This document shows, piece after piece, positions 15,258 through 24,647 of a DNA stretch of 43,778 nucleotides. This stretch comes from Candidatus Zhuqueibacterota bacterium 4484_219. Its GTDB lineage: Bacteria; Zhuqueibacterota; JdFR-76; 4484-219. Below the pieces are notes generated by a model, which was given only the letters and a program-made list of their open reading frames with translations, was not told where the DNA came from and did no database searches. The position numbers and the translations under genes were made by a program. The stretch lies in the NCBI GenBank assembly GCA_002085035.1, contig MZGM01000001.1, positions 1 through 43,778 of the forward strand, given 5' to 3'. The stretch's first letter is position 1, and each line of letters opens with the position of its first letter.

Positions 15258-17486
15258 ATGCGAAAACTTGCAATTGTTTATCTTGTTTTATTTCTTTATT
15301 CGATTTCGGCTGTAGGTAATGAAAATAGGATAGCCAGAGAATCGCGTGCCAAAAGCCTGGGCGGAACCTTTATGACCGTCTATGATTCACCCACTAGCGC
15401 TCTTTGGAATCCTGCTGCGCTGGATTTGCTAAAACGACCAGTATTCGAAATCAATATCGGTCAGCTTTATGAATTTGATATTGTTTCCCTGTCTAATTAT
15501 TTTCCCGGGTTTGGTACTATCGGGCTTTCTTTAAGGAAATGGGAAACTAATCCCGCTACTGATTTATTTATGATTGGCTGGGGGAGATTTATTTCTTCCA
15601 GGTTAGCTATTGGTGTTAGTACTGGTTTATTCCAGTCCGAATCTAATTTTAATCCTCGGCTTAACGTTGGTCTTTTTTATCGTTTCTCGGAATCTCAACC
15701 AGCCTGGAAAATGCTTTCATTTGAAAACTTTAGTGTTGGGTTTTTTTTGCGAAATCTTCGCTTGAGAGAAAAAAATTTGACCGACGAGCAGCCTCGACTT
15801 TCTGCAAGTGTTCTCTACCGCAGCCCAGTTGATTGGCTTCGAATTTATGGCAGTTGTGAGATAGGCAAATCTATTCCTATATGGCATGGTGGATTAGAGT
15901 TAAAGATAACTAAATTTGTGTCTTTTCGAGTTGGAAACACTGATCTTAAATCGAGAATTTGGTTCTGGGGATTAGGAGTGGGTGTTAGTGATTGGCAGCT
16001 CAATTTGGTGTTTGATAGGACATCGGAAAAGCTACAGTTTTCTACAACTATTCCCTTTGGCATGCCGTTAGAAGAGAAAGCCCAAAAGTACTATCAACAG
16101 GGCATTGAGGATCTTAAACAGCGAAAACTGAAAGAGGCATTAAGAAATTTTGCATTAGCGCATGAACTTGTTCCCCGGGATGCTACTTACACCAATGCTT
16201 TTTATTTACTTAAGAAAAAGTTGGCTGTGCGTGAACTCGAGCTTCAAAAGGTGTTGGAACAAGCTAGTGCACTGGAAAAGCAAGGATATTTTTTTAGCGC
16301 AGCGTTGAAATATTCACAGTTATTGGAGCAATATCCTGAGCATGCTGCAAAGATACGAAGCCGTTTAGTTATGTTGCGTCCCAAGGTCAAATATGATATT
16401 CGCAGAATCTTAAATAAAGGCGAGGAGTTTTTCAACGCTGGAGATTATCTGCTTGCTCGGAAAATATTTCAAAAAATTCTTCTATTGGATAGTCAGAACA
16501 ACGAAGCAAAGGAGTACTTGCAGCGTTCAGAGCAGCTTGTACAGAAGCAGATAGAGGAACATTTTTATCGTGGTGTGGGATATTACAAGCAGCGTAATCT
16601 GGTACAGGCAGAGCAAGAATTTGCTACTGTTTTGCAGTTGGATTCTACCCATAAAGAAGCTCAACATTATCTGGAACAAACCAGAGCACAAAAAGATGAG
16701 CTTGAAAATCAAATTGCAGACCTTCTAAAAAAAGCTGAGAAGCTGGAAAAGCAACACGCATTTTTAGCTGCATTGAGGCACTACATAAAAGTTTTAAGGT
16801 TAGATTATGAGAATCAACAGGCGAAAGATGCTGTGGTGCGCCTACGTCCTAAAGTCAGACCAGACATCCAGTCGTTTTTAGTTCGTGCTAAACAAGCTCT
16901 TGCTCAAGAAAATTATGCCGCTGCCCAAAAATACTATGAGCAAGTTTTGCAAATAGTCCCGGATCAAATGGAGGCTCGAGCAGGGTTGTCGAAGGTTCAA
17001 AAGGAACGACGGGAGAAAAGTCGACAGCTTCTTACTCAAGGTAAAAAAATGGCTGCAGCAGGTAAATGGGAACAAGCAGTTCTTAAGTTTAAGCAAGCCC
17101 TTAACTATGATCCTACTTCTGCTACAGTTCGTAGCGAATTAGATAGTGCCCTTAGGCAAATCAATATTCAGGCTTTATTACGGCAGGGACTGGCGGAGCG
17201 TGACAAAGGTAATTACGTTCGGGCAATCAAGTTGTTCAACAAAGTTTTGGATCAGGATCCCCTTAATACCGAAGCGACTGAATATTTGGAAAAAACGCAG
17301 CGGGAGAAAAGTCGCAAAATCAGCAACTTATTGCAAGAAGGAATTAAATATTATTCTGCTGATAATTTTGTTCGGGCTATTGCTTGTTTTGATAAGTTAT
17401 TAGAAGTCGATCCCGAAAATCAGGTAGCGCAAGAGTACCTCAAGCGTGCACAGCAGAAGCAACGGGCGTTAGAAAAACTCCAGTGA
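15258..17486 (+). CDS. Fusion of a PorV/PorQ-like outer-membrane-type N-terminal domain with ~10 TPR-like repeats
   Basis: Signal peptide MRKLAIVYLVLFLYSISAVG. The segment AKSLGGTFMTVYDSPTSALWNPAAL, followed by alternating beta-like sequence to about residue 265, resembles OM beta-barrel families. The remaining ~470 aa are repeated units of the form ..A...Y..VL..DP.N.EA..YL... The start lies 3 nt after the cyclase stop. Confidence 0.55.
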   Translation: MRKLAIVYLVLFLYSISAVGNENRIARESRAKSLGGTFMTVYDSPTSALWNPAALDLLKRPVFEINIGQLYEFDIVSLSNYFPGFGTIGLSLRKWETNPATDLFMIGWGRFISSRLAIGVSTGLFQSESNFNPRLNVGLFYRFSESQPAWKMLSFENFSVGFFLRNLRLREKNLTDEQPRLSASVLYRSPVDWLRIYGSCEIGKSIPIWHGGLELKITKFVSFRVGNTDLKSRIWFWGLGVGVSDWQLNLVFDRTSEKLQFSTTIPFGMPLEEKAQKYYQQGIEDLKQRKLKEALRNFALAHELVPRDATYTNAFYLLKKKLAVRELELQKVLEQASALEKQGYFFSAALKYSQLLEQYPEHAAKIRSRLVMLRPKVKYDIRRILNKGEEFFNAGDYLLARKIFQKILLLDSQNNEAKEYLQRSEQLVQKQIEEHFYRGVGYYKQRNLVQAEQEFATVLQLDSTHKEAQHYLEQTRAQKDELENQIADLLKKAEKLEKQHAFLAALRHYIKVLRLDYENQQAKDAVVRLRPKVRPDIQSFLVRAKQALAQENYAAAQKYYEQVLQIVPDQMEARAGLSKVQKERREKSRQLLTQGKKMAAAGKWEQAVLKFKQALNYDPTSATVRSELDSALRQINIQALLRQGLAERDKGNYVRAIKLFNKVLDQDPLNTEATEYLEKTQREKSRKISNLLQEGIKYYSADNFVRAIACFDKLLEVDPENQVAQEYLKRAQQKQRALEKLQ

Positions 17487-17499
17487 AAAATCAACACCT

Positions 17500-17898
17500 G
17501 TGAAACGAATTTTTCTACAAATCTGGCATATTGCTTCGCCAGCGGATCGAGTAATTATTATTGCTACTTTTCTATTAGCGAGTGGCAGCTTTTTTTTCTT
17601 CCGTTCGGGTAATGATGACAGAACCGAGGTTTGGATATCAGTAAATAATCGGCTGAAATATCGGGTTCTTTTGTCTCAGGATCGAGAATTGAGTGTTCAA
17701 GGGCAGCTTGGGGCAGTGCATATCCGAATTCAGGATAAAAAGGTGTGGGTGACGAAGTCAAGTTGTCCCCACAAGATTTGCATGCGGATGGGGAAAATCT
17801 CTAAAGCCGGGCAGATGATAGTCTGTGTGCCCAACCAAGTGGTTATTACTTTACGAAGTTGCCACAAAAATCTCAACCTTGATGTAATCACACGGTAA
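17500..17898 (+). CDS. NusG domain II-containing protein (DUF1312 family)
   Basis: An N-terminal TM helix, then ..VQGQLGAVHIRIQDKKVWVTKSSCPHKICMRMGKISKAGQMIVCVPNQVVI.., which is typical of this family. It is paired with a Gx transporter gene, as is commonly seen. Confidence 0.7.
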   Translation: MKRIFLQIWHIASPADRVIIIATFLLASGSFFFFRSGNDDRTEVWISVNNRLKYRVLLSQDRELSVQGQLGAVHIRIQDKKVWVTKSSCPHKICMRMGKISKAGQMIVCVPNQVVITLRSCHKNLNLDVITR

Positions 17899-18458
17899 TG
17901 GATTTATTAACTGTAAACGAAGGTAAAGCGCTAAGTCGATTAGTAATCCTGGCGCTGCTGACTGCGGGGGGAGTTGGGTTATTTGTTTTTGAAAGTTTAC
18001 TTCCCCAACCGCTTCCCGGTGGTAAAATTGGTCTTTCCCAAGTCGCCACAATTTTTGCACTTTATCTTTTTGGTTTGCCCTCGGCTTTTGCGGTTATCTT
18101 AATGCGTATCTTTATTACTTCACTTTTGATGGGAACAATGCTTAATCCAATTTTTATCTTTGCCTTGGCGGGCGGAATTGTTTCGACCTTAACTATGGGA
18201 CTGGTACGAAGATATGTTGGTGCTATTACTATCTTGGGAAATAGTGTGTTAGGTGCATTAACTCACAACGCCACCCAGTTGGTTGTTGCCTATGTCGTTT
18301 ACATTCATCAAAGCGAAATTTTTTGGTTGTTGCCTTATCTGATTTTAATTTCATTGGCTGCTGGTTTAGGCATTGGTTTGGTTACCCGATTGCTTTTGGC
18401 ACGATATTTTGTAATGATTAGTCCACATTATTCTTTGGAGGCAGAGGGAAATGGCTAA
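17898..18458 (+). CDS. Gx transporter family membrane protein (heptaprenyl diphosphate synthase component I-like)
   Basis: Polytopic 186-aa protein with N-terminus ..LTAGGVGLFVFESLLPQPLPGGKIGLSQVATIFALYLFG.. characteristic of the family. The start overlaps the upstream stop (TAATG). Confidence 0.7.
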   Translation: MDLLTVNEGKALSRLVILALLTAGGVGLFVFESLLPQPLPGGKIGLSQVATIFALYLFGLPSAFAVILMRIFITSLLMGTMLNPIFIFALAGGIVSTLTMGLVRRYVGAITILGNSVLGALTHNATQLVVAYVVYIHQSEIFWLLPYLILISLAAGLGIGLVTRLLLARYFVMISPHYSLEAEGNG

Positions 18459-21400
18459 TTTTGTCCATCTTCACAATCATTCTCATTATAGTTTACTTGA
18501 TGGCGCCTGTCGAATCGATGATATGATCGGTATGGCTTTAGAAAATGATATGTCTGCTCTGGCGCTTACCGATCATGGTAATATGTTTGGTGCAATCGAG
18601 TTTTACACTAAAGCCCAGAGCGCTAATATTAAGCCAATTATTGGAGTTGAGGCTTACATTGCCCCTCAGAGCCGACTGAACAAGTCTGGACAAAAAGGAA
18701 AAGATACCTCGTATCATTTTTTACTTTTAGCTAAAGATTTCACCGGCTACAAGAATCTTTTGAAACTGGTAACAATCGGGTATTTAGAAGGATTTTATTA
18801 CAAGCCTCGCATCGACAGGGAGGTATTGAAACAGTTCCACGAGGGGTTAATCGGTCTTACCGCCTGTATTCATGGTGAAATACCAACGAAAATTATCCAG
18901 GGAGATTATCAATCCGCCAGGCAAACTGTGTTAGAATATCAAGAGATTTTTGGTGATGATTTTTATCTGGAAGTTCAAAATCATGGTATTCCAGAGGAAG
19001 AAACGGCTTTGGCCGGATTGAAAAAATTAAGCCGGGAATTGAACATTCCTTTAGTTGCTACTAATGATATTCATTATCTTAAACGTGAACATGCTATTCC
19101 TCACGATGTTTTGCTTTGCCTACAAACTGGCAAAGATTACGACGATCCTAACCGTTTGCGTTATGCTACTCAGGAGCTGTATTTCAAATCATCAGATGAA
19201 ATGTTTCAGTTGTTTTCCGATTTGACAGAAGCGGTTGAGAATACCCTGGAAGTAGCAGAAAAATGCAATCTTGAGCTCGAGTTTAACAAATTTCACCTAC
19301 CGCAGTATGAGCTCCCGGATGATGCTTCGGAACAAACTTTAGATGAATATTTAGAAAGATTGGCCTTAGAGGGGTTACGATGGCGTTACTCGGAAATTAC
19401 GCCCGAGATTGAACAACGGTTGCGAAATGAGTTGAATATTATCAAGCAGACGGGGTACGCTGGTTATTTTCTTATTGTCAAGGATTTTATTGATTATGCT
19501 CGCAAAAAAGGCATCCCGGTAGGTCCGGGGCGTGGTTCTGCAGCCGGGAGTTTAGTTGCCTATGCGTTAGGAATTACTAACATCGATCCACTAAGGTACA
19601 ATTTAATTTTTGAACGTTTTTTGAATCCTGAACGCATAACTTTACCAGATATTGATATCGATTTTTGCTACGAACGCCGAGAAAAAATTATTGATTATGT
19701 GAAGAAAAAATACGGCGATAAAAATGTTACTCAAATCATTACCTTTGGTACTATGGCTGCGCGAGCAGTGATTCGTGATGTAGGTCGTGTCTTAAAGATG
19801 AAATACAATGAAGTAGATCGTATCGCCAAGTTGATTCCTTTTGGCAAAAACTTGGATGAAGCAATTGCTCTTGTTCCGGAATTTAGACAATTGTCTGAAA
19901 GCGAGGACGAAACTTATCGCAAACTGATAGATTACTCGCGCGTACTGGAAGGATTAGCTCGCCACGCCTCTACTCACGCCGCCGGAGTAGTAATTGCTCC
20001 CGCAGAGCTTACCAATTTTGTGCCTCTGTACAAAACCAACCAAGGTGACGTTACTACCCAGTACGATATGAAATGCATCGAGAAGATCGGTCTGTTGAAG
20101 ATGGATTTCCTTGGCCTGCGCACTCTCACAGTAATTGACAACACTATTAAGTTGCTCAAGAAGCGAAATATCGAGATTGATATTGATAAAATTCCCCTGG
20201 ATGATGTCGACACTTATAAGCTGTTTTCTAATGGCGAGACAGTAGGAGTATTTCAATTTGAAAGTTCTGGCATGCGGGAATGTTTACGTAAGCTTAAACC
20301 AGAATGTATTGAAGACTTGATTGCCATGAATGCGCTTTTTCGCCCCGGCCCAATGGTTATGATTGATGATTTCATTGATCGCAAACACGGGCGTAAACCT
20401 ATTGAATATCTGCATCCCAGCCTGGAGCCTATTCTAAAAGAAACTTATGGTGTTATTGTTTACCAAGAACAAGTGATTCAGATTGCGAGCAAATTGGCCG
20501 GATTCAGTATGGGTGAGGCGGATGTGCTGAGGCGTGCTATGGGAAAGAAAAATCCAAAAGCAATGCAGCAACAGCTAAAACGATTTGTTGAAGGAGCTAA
20601 CAAAAATGGTATCCCCACCAATATTGCGGAAGAGATATTTGACCTTATGTCGCGTTTTGCTGGTTATGGTTTTAATAAGTCCCATGCTGCTGGCTATGCT
20701 CTGGTTGCCTATCAGACAGCTTATTTGAAGACACACTATCCTGCAGAATTCATGGCGGCTTCTTTTTCTAGTGAAATGGGTAATACGGATCGCATTATGG
20801 TACTCATGGAAGAGTGTCGAAGGATGGGGATTAAGGTATTACCTCCAGATGTAAATGAAAGTTTTACCAATTTTGTGGTTACTGAAGAAGGGATTCGTTT
20901 TGGCCTGGGCGCTATTAAGAATGTGGGGAAAGGAGCTATTGAATCTATTGTGCGAGCTCGTAAAAAACACGGCAAGTTCCAAACCATTTTCGACTTTGTT
21001 CAGCATCTAGACCTACGTCTGGTCAACCGCAAGGTGTTGGAAAGTTTAATTCAGGCCGGAGCAATGGATTCTTTACAAGGACATAGAGCACAATTGATGG
21101 CAGCAGTTGGAACTGCTATTAACTTTGCTCAAAGTCAACAAAGTGCATCCCTACGAAGACAGACTTCTATTTTTGATGTAGTAGAAGATAGTGGCAAGCG
21201 AAAAGTAGGTAAATATCCTGATTTACCAATAGTAGAACGATGGAGCCCATTTACTAAGTTAGCCAAAGAAAAAGAGCTGTTAGGGTTTTACATTTCGGGA
21301 CATCCATTAGCGAAATTTGAAGAGGAGTTGCAAGCCTTCTCCACGGTTTCTTTAGAAGCTCTTAATAGTCTCCAAGATGGTGCTTTGGTTAAAGTGGGCG

Positions 21401-21882
21401 GGATCATTACCTCTATCAAAACCCATCATGATCGGAACCAGAGAATAATGGCCTTTGTCAAACTGGAGGATTTCAGTGGTTCATGTGAAGTACTCGTGTT
21501 CTCAGATGCTTATGAAAAGAACCAAGGACTTATCAAGATAGATTCTATGGTGATGTTGATAGGACAGGTGTCTACACGTGAGAATGAAAATGCCAAAATT
21601 ATTTGTCGAGAAATACTTCCACTGACTGAAGCACGGGAACGATTTGCCAAAAACGTGTGCGTTAATCTTAATTTTGAAGACATAAATGATGAGATGTTGG
21701 GCAAAATCAAAAAATTAGTGCAAAAGAACAAAGGCGAATGTTTCTTTCTTATCCATTTGATCAACGGAGATCAGCGTGAGTGTTTGATTCGTTCCCAAAA
21801 GTTCCGTGTTTCTCCTCAGGAGAATTTTATTTCTCAGCTTCGCCAGATGTTGGGTAAACAAAATGTGTGGATTGAAGGATAG
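18451..21882 (+). CDS. dnaE: DNA polymerase III subunit alpha
   Basis: 1143 aa. PHP domain FVHLHNHSHYSLLDG..LTDHGNMFG. Palm and fingers: GPGRGSAAGSLVAYALGIT, LPDIDIDF, HAAGVVI, FRPGPM, FNKSHAAGYA. C-terminal OB-fold region. Confidence 0.95.
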   Translation: MANFVHLHNHSHYSLLDGACRIDDMIGMALENDMSALALTDHGNMFGAIEFYTKAQSANIKPIIGVEAYIAPQSRLNKSGQKGKDTSYHFLLLAKDFTGYKNLLKLVTIGYLEGFYYKPRIDREVLKQFHEGLIGLTACIHGEIPTKIIQGDYQSARQTVLEYQEIFGDDFYLEVQNHGIPEEETALAGLKKLSRELNIPLVATNDIHYLKREHAIPHDVLLCLQTGKDYDDPNRLRYATQELYFKSSDEMFQLFSDLTEAVENTLEVAEKCNLELEFNKFHLPQYELPDDASEQTLDEYLERLALEGLRWRYSEITPEIEQRLRNELNIIKQTGYAGYFLIVKDFIDYARKKGIPVGPGRGSAAGSLVAYALGITNIDPLRYNLIFERFLNPERITLPDIDIDFCYERREKIIDYVKKKYGDKNVTQIITFGTMAARAVIRDVGRVLKMKYNEVDRIAKLIPFGKNLDEAIALVPEFRQLSESEDETYRKLIDYSRVLEGLARHASTHAAGVVIAPAELTNFVPLYKTNQGDVTTQYDMKCIEKIGLLKMDFLGLRTLTVIDNTIKLLKKRNIEIDIDKIPLDDVDTYKLFSNGETVGVFQFESSGMRECLRKLKPECIEDLIAMNALFRPGPMVMIDDFIDRKHGRKPIEYLHPSLEPILKETYGVIVYQEQVIQIASKLAGFSMGEADVLRRAMGKKNPKAMQQQLKRFVEGANKNGIPTNIAEEIFDLMSRFAGYGFNKSHAAGYALVAYQTAYLKTHYPAEFMAASFSSEMGNTDRIMVLMEECRRMGIKVLPPDVNESFTNFVVTEEGIRFGLGAIKNVGKGAIESIVRARKKHGKFQTIFDFVQHLDLRLVNRKVLESLIQAGAMDSLQGHRAQLMAAVGTAINFAQSQQSASLRRQTSIFDVVEDSGKRKVGKYPDLPIVERWSPFTKLAKEKELLGFYISGHPLAKFEEELQAFSTVSLEALNSLQDGALVKVGGIITSIKTHHDRNQRIMAFVKLEDFSGSCEVLVFSDAYEKNQGLIKIDSMVMLIGQVSTRENENAKIICREILPLTEARERFAKNVCVNLNFEDINDEMLGKIKKLVQKNKGECFFLIHLINGDQRECLIRSQKFRVSPQENFISQLRQMLGKQNVWIEG

Positions 21883-22054
21883 TAACAAATCGGATAAATT
21901 AATTTGCATCAAGTGTCCTAAAGCACGATTCCCTGATCCCAGAGAGCAGTGCTACAAATTCGGTGGTTTGATTTGTACCCTCGATAATTCCAACGTGGGT
22001 AAATACGAGAGGTGTAAATGGGGTTACACGCTACAGCAATTACAAAAGAACTAA
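21863..22054 (+). CDS. Hypothetical small Cys-rich protein (63 aa as written; possibly the 5' part of a frameshifted ~104-aa gene)
   Basis: MCGLKDSNKSDKLICIKCPKARFPDPREQCYKFGGLICTLDNSNVGKYERCKWGY.. contains a CxxC pair plus four more Cys. The start overlaps the dnaE end by 20 nt. The SD is weak and no family was recognised. Confidence 0.3.
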   Translation: MCGLKDSNKSDKLICIKCPKARFPDPREQCYKFGGLICTLDNSNVGKYERCKWGYTLQQLQKN

Positions 22055-22223
22055 TTTTTGTCATCTTAAGGATGTTTTTGCTGAACTGGGCGTTGAGTAC
22101 AAAAAGTGCTCCGCTACTTGGGCAGAGGAAAAGAAGTACATCGGAGGGGAGGCAGAAAACGTACAGCATTTGTAAAAAGATTGAAAGAAGCAGTAAAATA
22201 ATTATTTGAAAGGAGATGTACTT

Positions 22224-24014
22224 ATGCAACGCTGTTGGAGGTATGTGCTTTTATTTTTATTCATCAGCTTATTTTTTTATCATTCAGGTGCTTGTCAGCC
22301 TGGTTGCCCGCAGATTTATTATGATTTGACTATCAAAGAAGGGGATTGGCAGACTTTTTACGTGAATATTACCATCGCGCGTCCCCCTCACAATCGAGTA
22401 GTTTTCGTTATGCCAAGTTGGTCACCGGGAGGCTACATGTTGGGAGAGTATTCCAAATATGTTCGTCATGTACAGGCCAAAGATGCGGATGGCAAGCAGC
22501 TTACTACTTTGCAGGTTAATCCCAGTGCTTGGGAAGTATCGCTTCCAACAGCTAAAACCATGTGTTTTTCCTATGAGCTAAAAGTCAGTCCTCGGGGGTT
22601 CATGGGACGCAGCTTGACCGAAACCTATGCCCGGATTAATGGACCCTCTACCTACATGTATCTGAAAGGGGCTAAAGAAAAACCGGTCACTGTTACCTTC
22701 CATCTGCCTACGGGCTGGAAGATTGCTATTGGTCTGGAAGAATTCAAATTGCCTAACAGCTACTGGGCGCCGAATTATGATATTTTTGTTGATGCACCAG
22801 CGCTGTTAGGAAAATTTAAACAGTTCCAATTCGATGTTGCCGGCGTACCGCATATTGTGACTATTACCGGGGAGACAGATTTTGATCAGCAAAAATTTGT
22901 GGAGACAGTAAAGAGAATTGTCACTTATGAAACTCAGCAGCTTTTTAATGATATTCCCTACTCAAAATATGTGTTCATGTTCAATATCTATCCGGGCGAG
23001 CGCGGCGGGGGTGGTCTGGAACATCTAAATTCCACCACCATCGGTCTGGCAGGCGAAAAACTGAAAGTTGATCCTACCAGTGGGGCTAATGTTACTGCCC
23101 ACGAGTTTTTTCACCTCTGGAATGTAAAGCGCATTCGCCCCAAAGTGTTAGGCCCTTTTGATTACACCAAAGATGTACGTACCACTGCTCTATGGTTTTG
23201 TGAAGGTGTAACCTGTTATTATGCTGATTTAACTTGCTTGCGTACAGGCATCTGGAGCGTTGAAAAATTCTGGCAGAATCAAGCCAAACAAATTGCTCAA
23301 CATCAGGAAGCTTATGATCGACTTCAAACAAGTGTCGAAATGGCAAGTTGGAAGATTTGGGAAACCGGCTATGGCAGTGCAGGAGTGTCTTTCTATACTA
23401 AAGGCCAGATTTTGGCTTTATTATTGGATCTCCAGATTCGTGAAGTAACTGATAATCGACGTAGTTTAGATGATGTAATACGTTTTTTAAATTGTTGGTT
23501 TGCTAAATATGACGAGGGGTATGAAGAGAGAGATTTGCTCCGTGCAGTTAATTCAATTACCAATTCTGATTTTAGCCAATTTTTCGATCGTTACGTCAGT
23601 GGTACTGTTGAAATACCGTATGCTGATTTTTTGCAGCACGCTGGTCTCAAATTGCATCTGGAAAGCAAGAAAGTACCGGATATTGGAAGGCTGGTAATAA
23701 TGGGTCCCAAAAATCGTGTTTTTAACGTTGAAAAAGGCAGTCCTGTTGATGAAGTGGGTATTAAGCGTGGTGATTATTTACTTTCCATTGATGGGCAGAC
23801 GGTCAGTAGTCGTGAGGATATTGCTCGGGTAGTAAACTCTAAGGAAGAAGGCCAATCTGTGGCTATTGAGATTTTGCGTGGCGATAACAAATTAAATTTT
23901 GTGGTGCCTGTACGATTAAAAGACAAGGTGAATTGTCGGATCGATCAAGTTGCCCGACCTACTGAGAAGCAACAGCGCATCTATCAAGGTTTGATTGCAG
24001 GAACGACGGATTAA
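22224..24014 (+). CDS. M61 family (glycyl aminopeptidase-like) metallopeptidase with C-terminal PDZ domain, secreted
   Basis: Signal peptide MQRCWRYVLLFLFISLFFY. Zinc motif HEFFHLWNVKRIRP, typical of M61. PDZ segment GIKRGDYLLSIDGQ. ATG 22224 is preceded by AAAGGAG; the ORF track start 22206 is TTG. Confidence 0.85.
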   Translation: MQRCWRYVLLFLFISLFFYHSGACQPGCPQIYYDLTIKEGDWQTFYVNITIARPPHNRVVFVMPSWSPGGYMLGEYSKYVRHVQAKDADGKQLTTLQVNPSAWEVSLPTAKTMCFSYELKVSPRGFMGRSLTETYARINGPSTYMYLKGAKEKPVTVTFHLPTGWKIAIGLEEFKLPNSYWAPNYDIFVDAPALLGKFKQFQFDVAGVPHIVTITGETDFDQQKFVETVKRIVTYETQQLFNDIPYSKYVFMFNIYPGERGGGGLEHLNSTTIGLAGEKLKVDPTSGANVTAHEFFHLWNVKRIRPKVLGPFDYTKDVRTTALWFCEGVTCYYADLTCLRTGIWSVEKFWQNQAKQIAQHQEAYDRLQTSVEMASWKIWETGYGSAGVSFYTKGQILALLLDLQIREVTDNRRSLDDVIRFLNCWFAKYDEGYEERDLLRAVNSITNSDFSQFFDRYVSGTVEIPYADFLQHAGLKLHLESKKVPDIGRLVIMGPKNRVFNVEKGSPVDEVGIKRGDYLLSIDGQTVSSREDIARVVNSKEEGQSVAIEILRGDNKLNFVVPVRLKDKVNCRIDQVARPTEKQQRIYQGLIAGTTD

Positions 24015-24020
24015 TTACCG

Positions 24021-24062
24021 ATGTGATCATCACCTCAAGAGCGACGATCACATATTAGTGAT
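24021..24062. promoter_or_regulatory. Cluster of GTGAT/ATCAC inverted repeats between the M61 peptidase gene and rlmH (hairpin or operator)
   Basis: ATGTGATC (24021-24028) pairs with GATCACAT (24046-24053). Nested palindromes are GTGATcATCAC (24023-24033) and ATCACatattaGTGAT (24047-24062). There is no U-tract. Confidence 0.2.
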
Positions 24063-24074
24063 AGAAGATTTCGC

Positions 24075-24548
24075 ATGTTTCAAAGCTTAAGGATCAAACT
24101 AATTGTAGTGGGGAAAACTAAAACTTCCTACATCCAGCAGGGGATCGATGATTTCCTGAAGCGTCTTTCTCGTTATGCCCAGGTGGAAATGAGTGTGGTG
24201 AAGCCAGTGGTAAAACATCCCGAGGGGCAGATTCTAACTCTTGAAGGTGAAAATTTGCTGAAGAAAGTTGCACCAGATGATTATGTGGTAGCATTAGATC
24301 GAAAAGGGAGACAGTTCAATTCGGAACAATTTTCCCGATTCTTTGTCGAATGTATGAATAAAGGTCGAAGCCATATCGCCTTTATTATTGGTGGCCAACT
24401 AGGTCTTGCAGAAGATGTGCAGCAAAAAGCGAACATGGTACTTTCTCTTTCGGCGATGACCTTCACCCATGATATGAGTCGTCTCATTTTGTTGGAACAG
24501 ATTTATCGCGCAATGACTATTCTCCATGGTGAACCATATCATAGGTGA
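24075..24548 (+). CDS. rlmH: 23S rRNA (pseudouridine1915-N3)-methyltransferase RlmH (SPOUT)
   Basis: 157 aa. Motifs KLIVVGK, ALDRKGRQFNSEQF, IAFIIGGQLGL, LSLSAMTFTHDMSRLILLEQIYRA and a C-terminal PYH are characteristic. Confidence 0.9.
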   Translation: MFQSLRIKLIVVGKTKTSYIQQGIDDFLKRLSRYAQVEMSVVKPVVKHPEGQILTLEGENLLKKVAPDDYVVALDRKGRQFNSEQFSRFFVECMNKGRSHIAFIIGGQLGLAEDVQQKANMVLSLSAMTFTHDMSRLILLEQIYRAMTILHGEPYHR

Positions 24549-24647
24549 AATATTTTTAGCTATACGAACCTACGAGAGGGGTTTTAGCTCCTTTCTAAAA
24601 TCGATGAGTTTTATCAACTAACTTTCATAGTTTCAAGGGGTTGTGCT

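Noticed and set aside
21918-22229. 103-aa ORF on the - strand in the dnaE-M61 spacer with a hydrophobic N-terminus
   Set aside because: It has a TTG start with no SD and would run antisense through the M61 ribosome-binding site. The + strand shows the more protein-like signal in this region.
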